Assembly: GCA_965645245.1 (NCBI GenBank)
Contig: OZ287070.1
Span: 1,612,001-1,676,000 of the forward strand
Direction of reading: 5' to 3'
DNA from: Massalongia carnosa
Taxonomy: Eukaryota
Length of the DNA: 64,000 nt
Below are positions 36,372 to 49,735 of this stretch, in pieces (positions within the stretch are counted from its first letter, which is position 1; every line of letters begins with the position of its first letter). The notes below the pieces were generated by a model that did no database searches, had not been told where the DNA came from, and saw nothing but the letters and a program-made list of their open reading frames with translations. Made by a program: the position numbers and the translations under genes.

Positions 36372-38045
36372 ATGTCCAGTTTATCTTTAAGTAAGGAGAA
36401 TCGAATTCTTGAAGCTATTGACGCGTGGGACACGGGTGATTTTCGAAGTGTGCGCGCGGTAGCCTTGGAGTACGACGTGGACATTCGTACTCTATAGAGA
36501 AGACTTAATGGAGGTGGTTCGAAAATCGGTCGTTCTGCCCCCAACAAAGCTTTGTCTGATGAACAAGAATTAGCTCTTTGTGAATATATTAAAATGCTCG
36601 ATCAAGCCGAACAATCTGCCAGACTTCCAATGATTCGGGCGGCAGCAAATTATCTACTTCAAGAGGCTCATTCAGACGTTTTCACTCCTTCTCCTCACGT
36701 CAGCAATGCCTGGACCAAACGTTTTCTCACTCGACATCCTCAATTCTTCAAACGCAAACAAAAACCACTAGCCGTCGAGCGAAAACATGCGCACAACGTC
36801 GATGATATATTGGAATATTTCAAGACATATCGGGCTGCTCGCGAGGCTCTTGTAGTAGCGGATGAGGATATTTGGAACATGGACGAGACAGGCTTTCGAA
36901 TTGGCTGTGGGCGAGCTCATTGGGTTGTTTCAACTCATTCTAGAAAGTCTTTGCTGTTGACGGACTCGGACAATAGAGAATATATCACCTCGTGTGAATG
37001 TATTAGTGCAGGGGGGCGTGATATTCCCCCCATGATCATAATCGCTGGTGCATGGGTGCTGGAGAAATGGGCCCAACAAAATGACTTGGATGATGATATT
37101 CTCCTGACCACTAGTCCTGCCGGCTATTCCAATGATGATTTAGCTCTCGATTGGTTGAAACATTTCGACAAACACAGTCGAAAGGGGCAGGTAGGTGCAT
37201 GGCGCATGCTCATCATGGATGGATATGGATCTCATATGACATTCGAGTTTTTTACCTATGCCAAACGAAACAAAATCGAATTGTTTCGTCTTCCACCTCA
37301 TTCCACACATCTCACTCAGCCATTGGATGTAGGATGTTTTCAGCCTTTCAAACATTATCATTCCGAAGCTATTGATCAACTGATGCGGGGTAGAGGGTCC
37401 GATTTCGATAAACTCGACTTTCTGTCGATTTTTCAGAAGATGCGAAATCAAACATTCACGTCAATTACCATACTAGCTTCATTCAGAAACACGGGTCTGG
37501 TGCCTTATAATCCAGAAGTGGTACTCCGCAAAGTAGAGGCTATTCAGACCCGTAGGCCTGCTACCCCGCCCCCACTTCCATCAGCTCCATTGCTCGCCAG
37601 AACACCTTCCACAGCCAAAGAAGTTGTTGAATATGGAAATAAGCTTCGGAAAAGCCTGAAGAAGTACAATGTTTTGAATGCCGAGTGGGAGTGTCATGTG
37701 GAACGATTTGTGAAAGGCTCCATCTCCAGTGCTCATGCACGTCAGATTTCAGAGCGAGACCTTCGGGCCAATCAGATGCTGTCCATCGCGAAGACAGCAC
37801 GACGAAAACTTGATGGAAAGGTGGCCCAGAAGGGAGGAGTCATAACCGTTCGAGATGTACGGGCGAAGCTTACAAAACGCACTCAGAATGAGGTGGAAAA
37901 GACCAAGCAGGCCTATGAACGTGCCGTACTAGCTGCTGAAAAGAAGCAATTGGCCCTGGATCGAAAGTATAGAGCAATCGCTCGATCTATGCCTAGGCAA
38001 GCAAAGCTGTTTTACCAGCGTCATTGTCAATTAAATTTTACATAA
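36372..38045 (+). pseudogene. pogo/Fot1 transposase (HTH-psq + CENP-B HTH + DDD), 557 codons, one in-frame TAG at codon 42
   Basis: ATG at 36372 is in frame with ORF 36552-38045 and reads MSSLSLSKENRILEAIDAW...DIRTL*RRLNG (TAG at 36495-36497). Catalytic motifs NMDETGF, LIMDGYGSH and QPLDVG are intact. Confidence 0.9.
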
Positions 38046-38076
38046 CCATTGTTGTCCACAAATTGTATGTAAAATA

Positions 38077-38176
38077 GTAGGTAAAATGGGAAAAGTGCGT
38101 CACTGAGCTGTATGCGTCACTGAGGCGTCGGACACTAGTAGGCGACTCGCTTCGATTACTAGTTTCTTGACACGAT
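38077..38176 (-). repeat. Right TIR (100 bp)
   Basis: Reverse complement of 36241-36339. Confidence 0.95.
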
Positions 38177-40771
38177 TAACAACCCGTAAGAAACGAAAGA
38201 AATATCCACCCTGACCACAACCAACCTCCCCTCCCTCCCCCCCCCTCTTCCTCCTCCTCCCACCACCACCCACAGTGCTCCAAACTAACCAAACCGTCCA
38301 CATCTCCCCGCTTCCTCAAGCAACTGCAAAGAGCAGTTTGTGGCGAGGCGCGGGTAGCAAAAAGCCCGAGGATCGTTGGTGTTGCGATGAGTGATTGTCC
38401 CGGAAATGATAGATGATGGGATTTATATAGAGAATAACGGGGATGGATGGATGGAATTGGGGGGGATTTGAGGATTTGGGAGATTGGATTTGAAAAAAAA
38501 AAAAATAGATAAACAAAAAATGCTGTTGGGTTTTGGAGCGGTTGTTCGTGCGTGATAGAACTTTCTTTAGTGTTTATATGTTGACATGTTGAAGGGTTTG
38601 TTTGTTTGTTTATTGTTCTTGTCCCATCGCATCGTAGATACCTATCTGACGTTACGTACGTACTTACATACCTATCATCCTTTTTCTTCCTTATCTTTCT
38701 TTATTTCTATTATCCTTCCTCTCCTACTTCTTTCTTTTTATGTTTATCATTCAATTCCTCATTCTCTTATTCATTCAGCAGTTTATTGCTCCCTTATCCC
38801 CTTTCAAACTCATCACTCACCTCACCGTTTCATCTTTTTGTACCTCTCTACTTCATTTCTCATCTTTCCTTTTCCTCCTTCCCGCCATCATTAGCATCCT
38901 CTTCTTAAAACTAAGCCTCTCACTCCTCCACACCTCGACTCTTCAAATCACAACCCCAAATTCCGAAACGTGACAGAAGATGCCAGGAAAAGAACAAAAT
39001 GAAACAGGTGTTTATATTGGTCGATCGATCTCAAACCTTTACTTATTTTTCGATTTTCCCGTCTCCTTCCAGAAAAACAAGTAACTTTACCCAAATCCTA
39101 CCCTGAGTCTCAAATTTCTGTCAGAACCGGTCAAAGCGAGAGGTTAAGAAATTGAAGAAAAGTCACCAAAGATTGGAGCTATGTGAGATAAGCATCATGA
39201 ACATAGATAGGCTGAAGCTGAAGGAAATACGTGGCGAATGGAATGAGTTGGTGGGGATTTGGTTTCAAGATTAGGATCTGAAGAGGCCTGATTGATAATA
39301 GACCAACTAAACAAATGCTTCACGGTTCTTATATTCCTTTTCTTGGCCACGGATGATCTGAAACAAGAAAGGCGGTTCGGAACATTTGGTGCAAGGAGGC
39401 AAACCAACTTGCAGGCTTATCCAATAAACGGCACCTGCCTTACAAGACGAGTCAAGGCACCTGCTTCACTCATCATGAAGCGGAAACAAACAACCCCTCA
39501 AACAAGCCCGGCAACAACCCCAAAAAAAGAAACACTCCGATAAAGCTCACCCAAAACCCAAACAGCCATTGAGAAATTCCCTCATCATCATCATCACCCC
39601 CTCATCCACATTCTTAATAAGAAATAAGCTCGCTCATGACTTCATAATCAACGAACTAGGTAGGAAGGCACACATACCATTCTCCAGCCTTGCGAAAGAC
39701 AGACTGCCGGCTGCTGGACACATCTTTAGAGAACTGGGTAGACTGTCCAAGCTACCGCTTCTTACTGTTTTCCAGTGGTTATTTTCCGTCCCATCAGACG
39801 GGATAGTATGCGGATCCGTATCTGGATCCTGGATGTTGTTGTCGGTTTTGCAGACTCGATGCAATAGATCATCGTGTACATGTGAGTAGGTGGTGCAAAG
39901 ATGTCTAGAACAATACTTTTACGACAGTTGATTGAAGATGGAAGAGTGAGGTGTTCCTTGAGGGAAAGGTTTTATATTGGGAGATCAACAGCATTATACT
40001 GCCCGTACTGGTGTTCGTTTTGAAACACTTGGATGAAACATTTATGACGCGGAGGGTGTTTCTTTCTCACTACATGGCAAGTCAAAGCCACATCCGTTTC
40101 GACGTGTACAGTTTTTCATCGATCTTTTGCTTCTCTTTTCCAATTATTTAGGGTACGGTAGATCTAATATATACAGATTTCCGTTTCCAGCCCCCTCTCG
40201 CGCATCCTTCTCTCCTCCGCCCCAAACATCGACGGAACTGACACGCTTATCACCATTTATCTCTCTATCAAGATCTCTTGTCTCGCTGTAGGCTATGGTA
40301 CAAAGAGTAACTCAGATGGCGGAAAGGGGAATATGCAGCCGTAAAGTCTGCTCTCCGAGCGACGAGCCTGTTCCCTAGAAAAGGCGTCTATCGAAGATAA
40401 AAGTAGGGATCCTAGGCCCTAATCTTCCCACCTTCTTTCCAACGCAGTGGAAGAAGAGGAATGATGAAGAAAATGTGATCGGAAAGAAAAGAGTGGGCGG
40501 CCATGGACATATGGTGATCGGACATAGAGAAATTAAGCCTAAGGGGTATATCAGGGACTGCCGGTTCCCTCCCAAAGAGTCTCGCCCGGATACAGTCGCT
40601 GTTCCCAGCCAAAGGGCGTTGTCAATGCGGTACTACACCTTTGCCAGGCCCCTATTTTAGATCTTAACCCAGAGCACCGCGCACGGTGCAAATTTCCGGA
40701 ACGCCGTCGCTGTAAATTCCATCTGCAAACCACATTAAACGCCTAGGAAAGGGTATCATCGGGTGAAGAGC

Positions 40772-43700
40772 TCAGAGCATGGGCGCATCGACTGGACCAC
40801 GTTGGCCTAGTCGGCCGAAAAGGTATTCGGGTGGTATCCGGTCCATGTTGCTGGGTTTATCACGGTAGGCTGAAGCAGCCGAGTCAAGCCGATCGCGTTT
40901 TTTCCTGTGTCTTTCAAGGCAAAAGCCAGCGCAGACGAGGGTGGCAGTGATGGGCAATGCACAGAAAAAACCGATAAGCACAACCAAGCCGAGCGCCATG
41001 TGACGGGCTGATGTGGATGTTAGTTTCAGATTGATTCCTAGAAAGGGCGATGTGGGATTTACCTGGCGACTTGAAACTCTGCTTTCTCTCCGAGAACAGC
41101 TGCGACAAGCTTCCAGGGCCATTGCCCGAAGTGGAAAGGATAAAGGGAGCAAACGTGGTGCCGTTAAACAGCGCCGCGGAAGCGTTGCCAAAACTGGGCA
41201 AGTTAAGCTCTCCGGTGATGAGTAAAGTCATGCTACGGTCAACGAGATCATTGCTTGCGTGGCTGTCTTTTAGCTGAAGCACGGATAGCCCCCGAATTAT
41301 GGTCTGGTTACCAAGAACGTCTCCAACCGTTATGAACTTCGACCCGTCATATTTCATGAGGAATGCGGATCCATTCGTACTCTTTCCCGCGACCCAGAAT
41401 TGAGAGACGTCACTGTTGGCAGGCGACAGGGCAGTCACGGGTCCTGGAACGCCACTGCCAGCTCCATCAAGAGTCGTCCATCGCGCTTTCTTCGCATCAT
41501 AAGTGGCCAGCGACGTTCTATTGTCGTTTACCGTCAAATTCCCACCTGCAAGCAGCTTGTCCCTTCCTTGCCAGGCCAAGGCAGCGACACTACCCCCGAA
41601 AGAGCTCCCAGGCTGGCTCCATTGCCCCTCTGAATACACGCAGACACTTGGGCAACCAAGAGATCCTGCTGTTTGGAAGTTGCCACCTACGTAGACCTGA
41701 GAGGTACCGGGTCTGACCGTGATCGAATTAACTGCAACGTCGCTACCGCCAAATGCTGGTGGCTGTGGGACCGCGTAATTATTTTGAGCAAGATCGTAGA
41801 GAATCAGCCCATTGACATCGCCATTATTAACCTTTCCAGAAATTGTCCCACCGGCATAAAGGATGTTATCCTGGGCGGCAAGAGCCAAGAATACGGAGTC
41901 GCTTTCAAGACCACTCACCACACCTGTGACGTGCGCATTCTCGTCGATGAACACCAAATTATCAATTGTCGAGCCATTAGTTGCGTTCGCGGTGAAGTGA
42001 CCTCCAAGTATGGTGACATTGTGACCATCGAAAGTGTGGAAAAGACCCGTCACCACACCAGTAACATTCTGCCCGCTGACTGCCCTTTTACGTCTTGAAG
42101 ATTCTGAAAGTTGTCGTGGCTGGATTTTGACGCCAACAGAGTTGATACGCAGAGGGCCTGATGTTAAATAGACGGCATCACCAGCCCCAGTGTCTTGCGC
42201 TGATAATGTTCCGGCGAGAAGTGGAGGGCCGCCTGTATAGTTCACTGCAGCGCTGAGTTTGCCACTGATCGCTTGGGTCTGTAAGCCCAGATTTTGCAGC
42301 CAGTTCTGTCGAGATGGAACCCACAAGGCAAACCCATTGACTGAACTTGAACCGGCGGAGCCAAAAGATTCTATTTGATCAAAGTCGCCATTAACTGTAA
42401 TGCACGTTTCCGGATGGTCTTTTGTCACGTTAAGTACTAAAGGTACAATGCTGTTGACCCTGCCGCGCACTCCAGCACCTAAAGATTGCCACGACTTACT
42501 AATAGTATTGAAAGCTGCGACATTATTTAGACCAGGTACGCTCTTGTTTACCGTGTTGGTGAAGTTTCCACCAAAATATAAAATCTTCTCAAATTCAAAT
42601 ACCGTGGAGACCGCTGCATCGAGCCCGCCATAAGGCAAAGTGGTGGAATTGCGGTCGGCAATAGCGAACACGTTGGAAAAGCCTCTTGACTTAGCCGAAA
42701 AGTTGCCGGTAACATATGTAACATTGTCTAGCACAATTAGGCTTGTGATGGTAGCACCGGTATCAAGATCTGTTCCGGCTTGGTTGATGGTCGAATTGGA
42801 GTAATCTGTGTCAACTAATATCTGGTTGGGATTGAACTCAAACAATCCATTCAAACCACCTGTCGAGTTTGTGAGAGTGAAACGAACTCGTTGCGCGACA
42901 AGCTTGATCCCATTGGACAAGGGAGTGAGAGTGATAGTAGGACGAAAGGTATCACTGTTGGCTTCGACAGGTCCATAGTAAATCTCGTCATACTTGTCAT
43001 AATAGTTCGTCTGATAGATTTCCGTTTGTATTGGTCCGTCCTGCTGTGTTTTCGTAGCAAAAATTCCGGTGACATTTGCAATACCTCTAACATCACAAGT
43101 GTCATCCTGCCGGCAGCCTGGGGTATATATTGTGATGGAGTAATTTCCCGATTGCTTGATATCAGGGCTAAAGACAACCGACACCCCATCAGGCTTGACG
43201 TTAGATTTGGTTAAATCTGCGGTAAGGTATTGTGAAGTGCTTAGGCCAGAAGGCGTCACAGCCCATGGACCGGTGACTGTAGAGTTGGAAGCAAAGTTCA
43301 AATTTGAGCAGGCAGGCTCATTTATGTCCTGGACAGCATAGGCATAAATGTCTGACGGAGTTAGTCACTACCCATTGTTTTTTTGCAGGCGGATTGGTTA
43401 CCATTTTGAAATAACTCGATCCCATCCAGGCCCCCGCCTTGACCATGCCAATCTGAGATGTCGATCTGAAAGCTATTCATGCCAACAGTGTTCACGAAGT
43501 GGAAATCTTGATATTGAACCTTAGGATTGGAAGACAAAGGACATCGTGCATCGCAGAGAGCATTCGCGCCGGTATCCGGATCGGTAAAGGTAAAGTTCAT
43601 TATGCCTTTAAGAGGAAATGCCGTATATCGAAAGGTTTTCGTCCCTCGACCTTCCTGGTGCGTGTTCCAGACTCGTAGCATCGTAGGTTCAAACCCAAAA

Positions 43701-44563
43701 TTCAGGTCTGCTCTCCAAAATCCGGGGGAATTGTCCTCGATCAACCAAGTACTCCCAGCCCCATCCTTTCCTTGCGTTTTGCAAACAATGTTCTTCGGCT
43801 CGCCAAAGCCCTTCTCCGCTGACGATGAGCCTGCCGTAATATTTGCGGATGAGAGGTTGATAACTTGCTGGTCCTTTTTCATTGGCGTAGTCGTATTTCC
43901 GAGACCAGTGAAAGACCCGCCGAAGATAACGTTGCCGTTGGATGCTCGAACTATTGAATTGACTGGCCCGTTGAACCCCGCAAACGGTAGATCAGCCCAT
44001 CCACTCATGCCAACCCACGCAATGGCATTTGTTGAATTGGCGCCCTTGAAATCACCTCCCACGTACACGGTGTTTGCTGCTTGATCGCAGAATATCGAGG
44101 TGACCTGACCCGAAAGACCGGACAGAGGTGTAATCTGGGACGTCTCTGGGTTCCATAGAGCGATACCTTGGGCCTCGATTCCTCCCAAGCTTGTAAAATT
44201 GCCTCCAATGATTACCCCAGCTAGCTTTCCATCACTCTGAACGAACGGGCACATCTCCTTGATATACGCGTCTGCCGATGCCGATGTTGCGTAATTGCCA
44301 TTTGGTAGTTGGGTTATGAGTGATTGGCTCCCGTTCGTGCTGAAGCTGTTCTCATTCTGCTCCTGATAACTATAGAGCGAGATGGCATCAAAATCTCCTG
44401 TGAGTGCGACACGGCCCAGTTGCGACAGGTCAAGATTTGGAGGAGTGACGGGATCAAAGTTCACTGCTCGTGTCGATGTGAGAAAATTGACTGCGATCAT
44501 CCATACACGCAGATCGAGAGTAAACCCAGCCGTCGCCGGGGCGATCCACGAGAATCTTCGCAT
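40772..44563 (-). CDS. RAX2: Cortical polarity/bud-site marker Rax2; 3 exons
   Basis: PNLDLSQLGRVALTGDFDAISLY, repeated GGNFT beta-propeller-like motifs, GTKTFRYTAFP, a single C-terminal TM helix and RIPPEYLFG. Start assigned at MRRFSWIAP. Confidence 0.9.
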
Positions 44564-45816
44564 TGCCCAGACGACTGACCGACCAAGGAAGTTCGTATTA
44601 CTCCAGGTAATTATTAGTCTAGCTGTACTGCGTGGTGATGTGACGAGCGGACTGATTAAGATGATGTCAATGAAGTGAATCGCGAAGAAAACGATAGTTG
44701 ATGAAAATGCCAAGCGCGAGAATTAGTTATTTGCTCCTAATTAGGTACTCCGTAGTTCTTCCTCCGGGAAAAAGAATGACTCCGCCTCCTACCACACAAC
44801 GGGTTCGTGAAGAAAGCTTTTCTATCACGAAGGTCATTGTTCAGGCATTGTGGAGGAAGGTGGTTCCAGGGATGGAAGTGAGATGTGAGTGAGGAGTGAG
44901 GAGTGAGGAGTGCAGAGTACAGAGTGCAGAGTACTCTGAAGGCACATAAGGAACAAGACTAAAAGAGCGTGAGGAGGTAATCTGCAGGCTTGCGGGACCA
45001 CCGACGTCGTGACTCTCCAATGCAAAGTTAGGATTCCAATGAACTTCCGTATTCCACGCTAGGCACAAATAATTAATTTTACCTTGTGCACGCTAGCGGC
45101 CTGACCCTGGTATCGTCCCGCCAATCACAACCTCCCTGTCGTGAACACAACGTCAGGCCCTTTCCACCCACCACTCGTCCTATCACCGCTCTCCTATCAC
45201 CGCTCTCCACTCTCCGCATGCCATACAGTTCTCATACTAGTTCAAGTGAAGGCGATTTCATGTCTTGTGAGCATACAGAAGTGATGGATCACTTGGCCAG
45301 AATGCCTACAGAGTAGATGCGAAGGAACACTAATCTCGGAAGTGATACGAGTCAAGCTGCTTCTACGTTGCTTCTACGACAACACCCGTACCACTTGTGC
45401 GCTGTCCCGCTGTCGCGTATATGTAGGTAGGTACGAAGTACTTACATACCTACACATTGGTGGTCGTCGGATGAATGTATTCCGAGATTGTGGCTTGACC
45501 CTTTACTTGATCCGGTCGGAGATCGCTTTGCCCACCCATTGCACCTAGCAACGTCCTTAAATCCTCCGACTACATAATGTACTCATGCTGCCATTGTGTG
45601 TACAAAGTACATAGTTACATTGTGTAACTCTTCCTCCATAGAATATTTGTTAGCTCGGAACACCCTAAAATTTAAAGTTCCTGGAGTGATGTATGCAGCC
45701 TCTGGAACCCAAAGCTGAAAAGCTTCTTTACGGTTGGCTGAAGGTGCATGTGATGACGATATGATTGTAAAACACACTTCGATACTCGAAACTGACTGGT
45801 AGAAAATGCTGGATTG

Positions 45817-47220
45817 CTACCTCCTTCGTGTCCTCTTGGTCCTTCTGATCGACGAGCTTTCCTCAATCACCATTTTCGACACAGTCGTAGCCTCCTCGTC
45901 CGGAAATTCCCTTTTTAACGTGCTTTCAGCGATATGCTCGCTTTTGATTTTTACATCGGATTTGATCTCCTCATCTTCTTTTTTCTTCACCTCCATGACC
46001 TCCACTTTGGTAGTTAATCTGGCAGAAAATGCTCTCAGGTCCGCTGTAAACAAGACGCTATGAGCCCAGCCAGCTTCCTTGCCCCATAGGCTGCGGAAAT
46101 GATCGCCCACAGCGTCATAAGTTGCCTTCGTCAAGCTTCGATGCTTGCCTTTACCAAATTTGTAGTCTCGTTGGGCAATTTGCCATACTAAATGACACCG
46201 TAAGCGAAAAGAATTTGTCCCCGAAGAGTTTGAGTATGAGAGAAACTTACCATGCGTATCAACTGGAACCGCCTCACCCCAGCCAAGCCCCATAAGGCAG
46301 ACGCAATCGGCTACCTTCGGGCCCACCCCTTGCAAATTTAGAAGCTCTGCGTGAGCATCACGGTACCCTTGTCTTCCTCCTGACAGCATCTCTCCGCCAG
46401 GAGATAACTTACGGCCCATAACTGGGCTCTCGGGATTTCTGAGACTGTCGAGCCATCCAGGGTCGCGTGCTTTCGATACCATCTCTGCTGTTTGGTGTAT
46501 GTACTTTGCTCGATATCCGAATCCAAGCTGGCGCAAATGTACTTCAACGCCGGGATTACTTAGAGCAGCTGAAGTCGGCATATCGTGGTAGGGTCTTGCC
46601 TCAAAGTGGCCTATCAAAGGACCGTAATGCGCACAGAGCTTCTCCATCTGAATTGGCGAAACGATTAACATTCCATCGGTGGGTAGCGAGTTGTACGGAG
46701 AGCATCACCATTTGAGATATTCTCGAGATATTATTATTGCTGCTACAAATGAAGCCTACCAAGGCCTCCCATGCATCTTGCTTTAGTATTCGCACGCCAG
46801 CAAACTTTGGAGCTTTCTTCGTAAAGTTTGCATCTGCAGTAGACCATTGCTTGTATAAACCTGTCAAGTCAGGTCCAAGGTTGAAATAATGATGGATCAA
46901 GGCTTCCGTGTCGTCGTCGTTGCTGAGGGAAACTTTTGTAGATTCAGGTGCCGAGGGGAGGGGGGTATGACGTGCTTCTAAACTCTGCGGAAAGGTGGCA
47001 TGATAGTGGAGATGTGTCGCGTCTTGACGTAGGGATAGGATTCGCCCATAAAGAGCACAGGACCATATATTGTCATTGGACTTTCTCCATCTGAATTATC
47101 TATCAGCATCAGAATCCACCTGCAGGGACCATTTGATATATACCGGAAGGACTGACCACAGCGTAGAGTGGTGTCTAAACAGAGCTCTGTCAAGCTTACT
47201 GGTAATTGGCGCCATTGCAT
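45817..47220 (-). CDS. OGG1: 8-oxoguanine DNA glycosylase/AP lyase
   Basis: LCLDTTLRCGQSFR|W, RILKQDAWEALVGFICSSNNNISRISQMV, LGFGYRAKYI, HhH-GPD motif LQGVGPKVADCVCLMGL...VPVDTHV, and GWAHSVLFTADL. Confidence 0.95.
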
Positions 47221-47291
47221 AACTCGTCACAGTAAATCTAAAAGCCTACACTAATGAGATAATTCATTTAGGAGTCACGACTAATATTCGG

Positions 47292-47299
47292 TTTCGCGT
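47292..47299 (-). promoter_or_regulatory. MCB/SCB-like element ACGCGAAA in the OGG1-U2AF65 bidirectional promoter
   Basis: tttcgcgt at 47292-47299, ~75 bp upstream of the OGG1 ATG. Confidence 0.4.
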
Positions 47300-47560
47300 G
47301 TTAAGTAGGTCACGTTATTGTAAGAAAATCAAGTTACACGTCTAGCTGTTTTGACTTAGCTTAGAAATTACTTTCCTACACCACAAGCCTCGCTTTCGGG
47401 ATTCTCACCAAACCGCGCAGATAATCAACCAATCCGCAATTTGCATTGGAGTTCTGCTTCTACGAAACTCTGTACCAAACTCTCTTACTTGCTATTTCTT
47501 CCTAAAATCCGAAGGTTAATACTATAGCTGAAAACTCCGCCATACACCCCCTGCGCCAGC

Positions 47561-49735
47561 ATGAACGGCGACAGCTATTTGTCAAGAGGCATGGCATCAA
47601 CGAGCACCCTACCAAGAATTCGCAAACATGAAACTGACGCAAGCAATCCAATGGCTACAGATGCAGGGCGATATGGCTCGTCGCGAGACCACTATGTAAG
47701 CTCTGAGATTCAATTATTAGTATTTTGCTAAGCTGAACATTCCTTAAGTCTTCCAGAGATGACCGTCGAGATAGAGATCGAGACCGAGATGCACATCGAG
47801 GTGGTGACCGACGACGATCAAGGTCGCCAGGGCATCGAAGCGCTAGGCCATCTCGACGCGAACTCGAAGTAGATTCATATTCCTCAAGTCGTGATTATAG
47901 AGCGCGCGAGCGCGAGGACCGATATTCCGGACGAGATAATCGTGATGAGAGAGGGTGGGACCGAGACCGGGGTGAAAGAGGTGATAGAGGCGATCGAGGA
48001 ATGTTGAGACGGGATGCCAGGCGCGACGACGATGATAGAGCTCCTCGAAGGGATAGAGATCTCTTTGAAGGCCGAAATGATCGTGGTAGAGGCGGTGGTC
48101 GTGGTGGAAGAAGCGATCGCGATGAGTTTGCCATGCAAATGGGTGGAAGAGATAGAAAAAAGAGTGCCAGTCCACCACCTAAGAAGAAGGAGCCCACACC
48201 AGACTTGACGGACGTCATACCGGTAACCGAGAGGAAGCGAAGATTGACTCAGTGGGACATAAAGCCTCCCGGTTATGAGAATGTTACAGCTGAGCAAGCA
48301 AAGCTTTCCGGTATGTAATATGAGCCCTTTTCTAAACTATTGTGTTGACAGCTAGTTTGAATTAAGGCATGTTTCCTCTACCCGGGGCACCTCGGCAGCA
48401 GCCTATGGACCCAAGTCGACTGCAAGCATTCATGAACCAGCCCAGCGGGTCCGCAGGTAATGCAGCTCTAAAGCCATCCAATGCACGGCAATCCAAAAGG
48501 CTCTTTGTTCATAATCTGCCACCAAACGTAACTGATGAAGCCATCGTCAACTTCTTCAACCTTCAGCTGAACGGCCTGAATGTAATTAGCTCAGCTGATC
48601 CCTGCATATCGGCTCAGATATCGAAAGACGGGGCATTTGCGCTTTTGGAATTCAAGAATCCCGCCGAGGCCACGGTGGCTTTAGCTTTGGATGGTATCAC
48701 GATGGAAGATAATGATGCTATGGTGATTACCAACGGCACAGCCAATGGAGACTCGCAAGGTCTTTCAGTTCGTCGACCTAAGGATTACATAGTGCCATCA
48801 GTCACCGATGACGCTGAATTTGAGGAAGGCGTTGTCTCCTCCTCAGTCCCTGATACACAAAATAAGATTAGCGTCACAAATCTGCTCTTAAACCTTACTG
48901 ATGAACAAGTTACCGAGTTACTGGTAGCATTCGGGCAGCTGAAAGCATTTGTTTTGGTCAAAGATGCCAGCACTGAGGAATCAAGGGTTCGCAAAATACA
49001 GATTCATTCCTCCCAAGGTTGGTTGAGCTAACAGGACTACACAGGGAATTGCATTCTGCGAATATCTGGATCCTGCAGCGACAGATATCGCAGTAGAAGG
49101 TTTAAACGGCATGGAACTGGGCGATAAGTGCCTCAAAGTCCAACGCGCAAGCATTGGCGTCACACAAGCATCCGGTCTCGAAATGGGTGTCAATGCCATG
49201 TCCATGCTTGCTGGCACCACATCAACGGATCTGGAGGAAGGCCGCGTGCTCCAACTTTTGAATATGGTGACGCCTGAGGAGCTTATTGATAACCAAGAAT
49301 ACGAAGGTATGCATAATTCGTCCCTTCCCTCTTTAGACTCTCCAAAGTTAGCAATCAAACATGAGAAGAATCTAACCACTCTTTCGCTCACTCTCAACGA
49401 CAGAAATCTGTGAGGACATTAAAGAAGAATGTGAAAAGTATGGGCACGTACTCGAAATGAAAGTTCCCCGGCCCACTGGCGGTAGCCGCCAGTCCACAGG
49501 TGTTGGCAAGATTTTCGTCAAGTATGATAACGCAGACTCGGCGCGCACCGCTTTACAGGCGCTTGCGGGCCGTAAGTTCGCCGATCGAACTGTTGTCACG
49601 ACATATTTCGCCGAGGTAAGTTGCTTTTCCCCCTTTCTATTTTTGCAGCGCATATTATGTTACGAGAAAGAACTAGCGAGTTGCTGATGGGTGATGTGGG
49701 CACTTTAGGAGAATTTTGAAGTTGGTGCATGGTAG
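47561..49735 (+). CDS. U2AF2: Splicing factor U2AF large subunit (U2AF65)
   Basis: RS/RD-rich N-terminus, ULM RKRRLTQWDIKPPGYE, RRM1 (RQSKRLFV), RRM2, and UHM (VLQLLNMVT...GRKFADRTVVTTYF); ends ENFEVGAW*. Confidence 0.95.

Larger units (their letters stand above)
36241..38176 (+). mobile_element. Full-length pogo/Fot1-type (Tc1-mariner superfamily) DNA transposon
   Basis: Inverted repeats 36241-36339 and 38077-38176 differ by 2 substitutions and 1 indel. TA flanks both ends (36239-36240, 38177-38178). Internal DDE transposase. Confidence 0.97.

Noticed and set aside
38586..38973. Phe/Leu/Ser-rich hydrophobic ORFs next to the transposon
   Set aside because: Translation artefacts of a polypyrimidine tract, open in all three frames.
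39500..40150. Short ORFs downstream of a TATA-like site on the minus strand
   Set aside because: Frames close quickly, there is no family motif, and splice signals are inconsistent.
41013..44678. Many plus-strand ORFs of 60-185 aa opposite RAX2 (similarly opposite UTP12, AGC1 and QRI7)
   Set aside because: Antisense shadows of long coding exons with no independent motifs.
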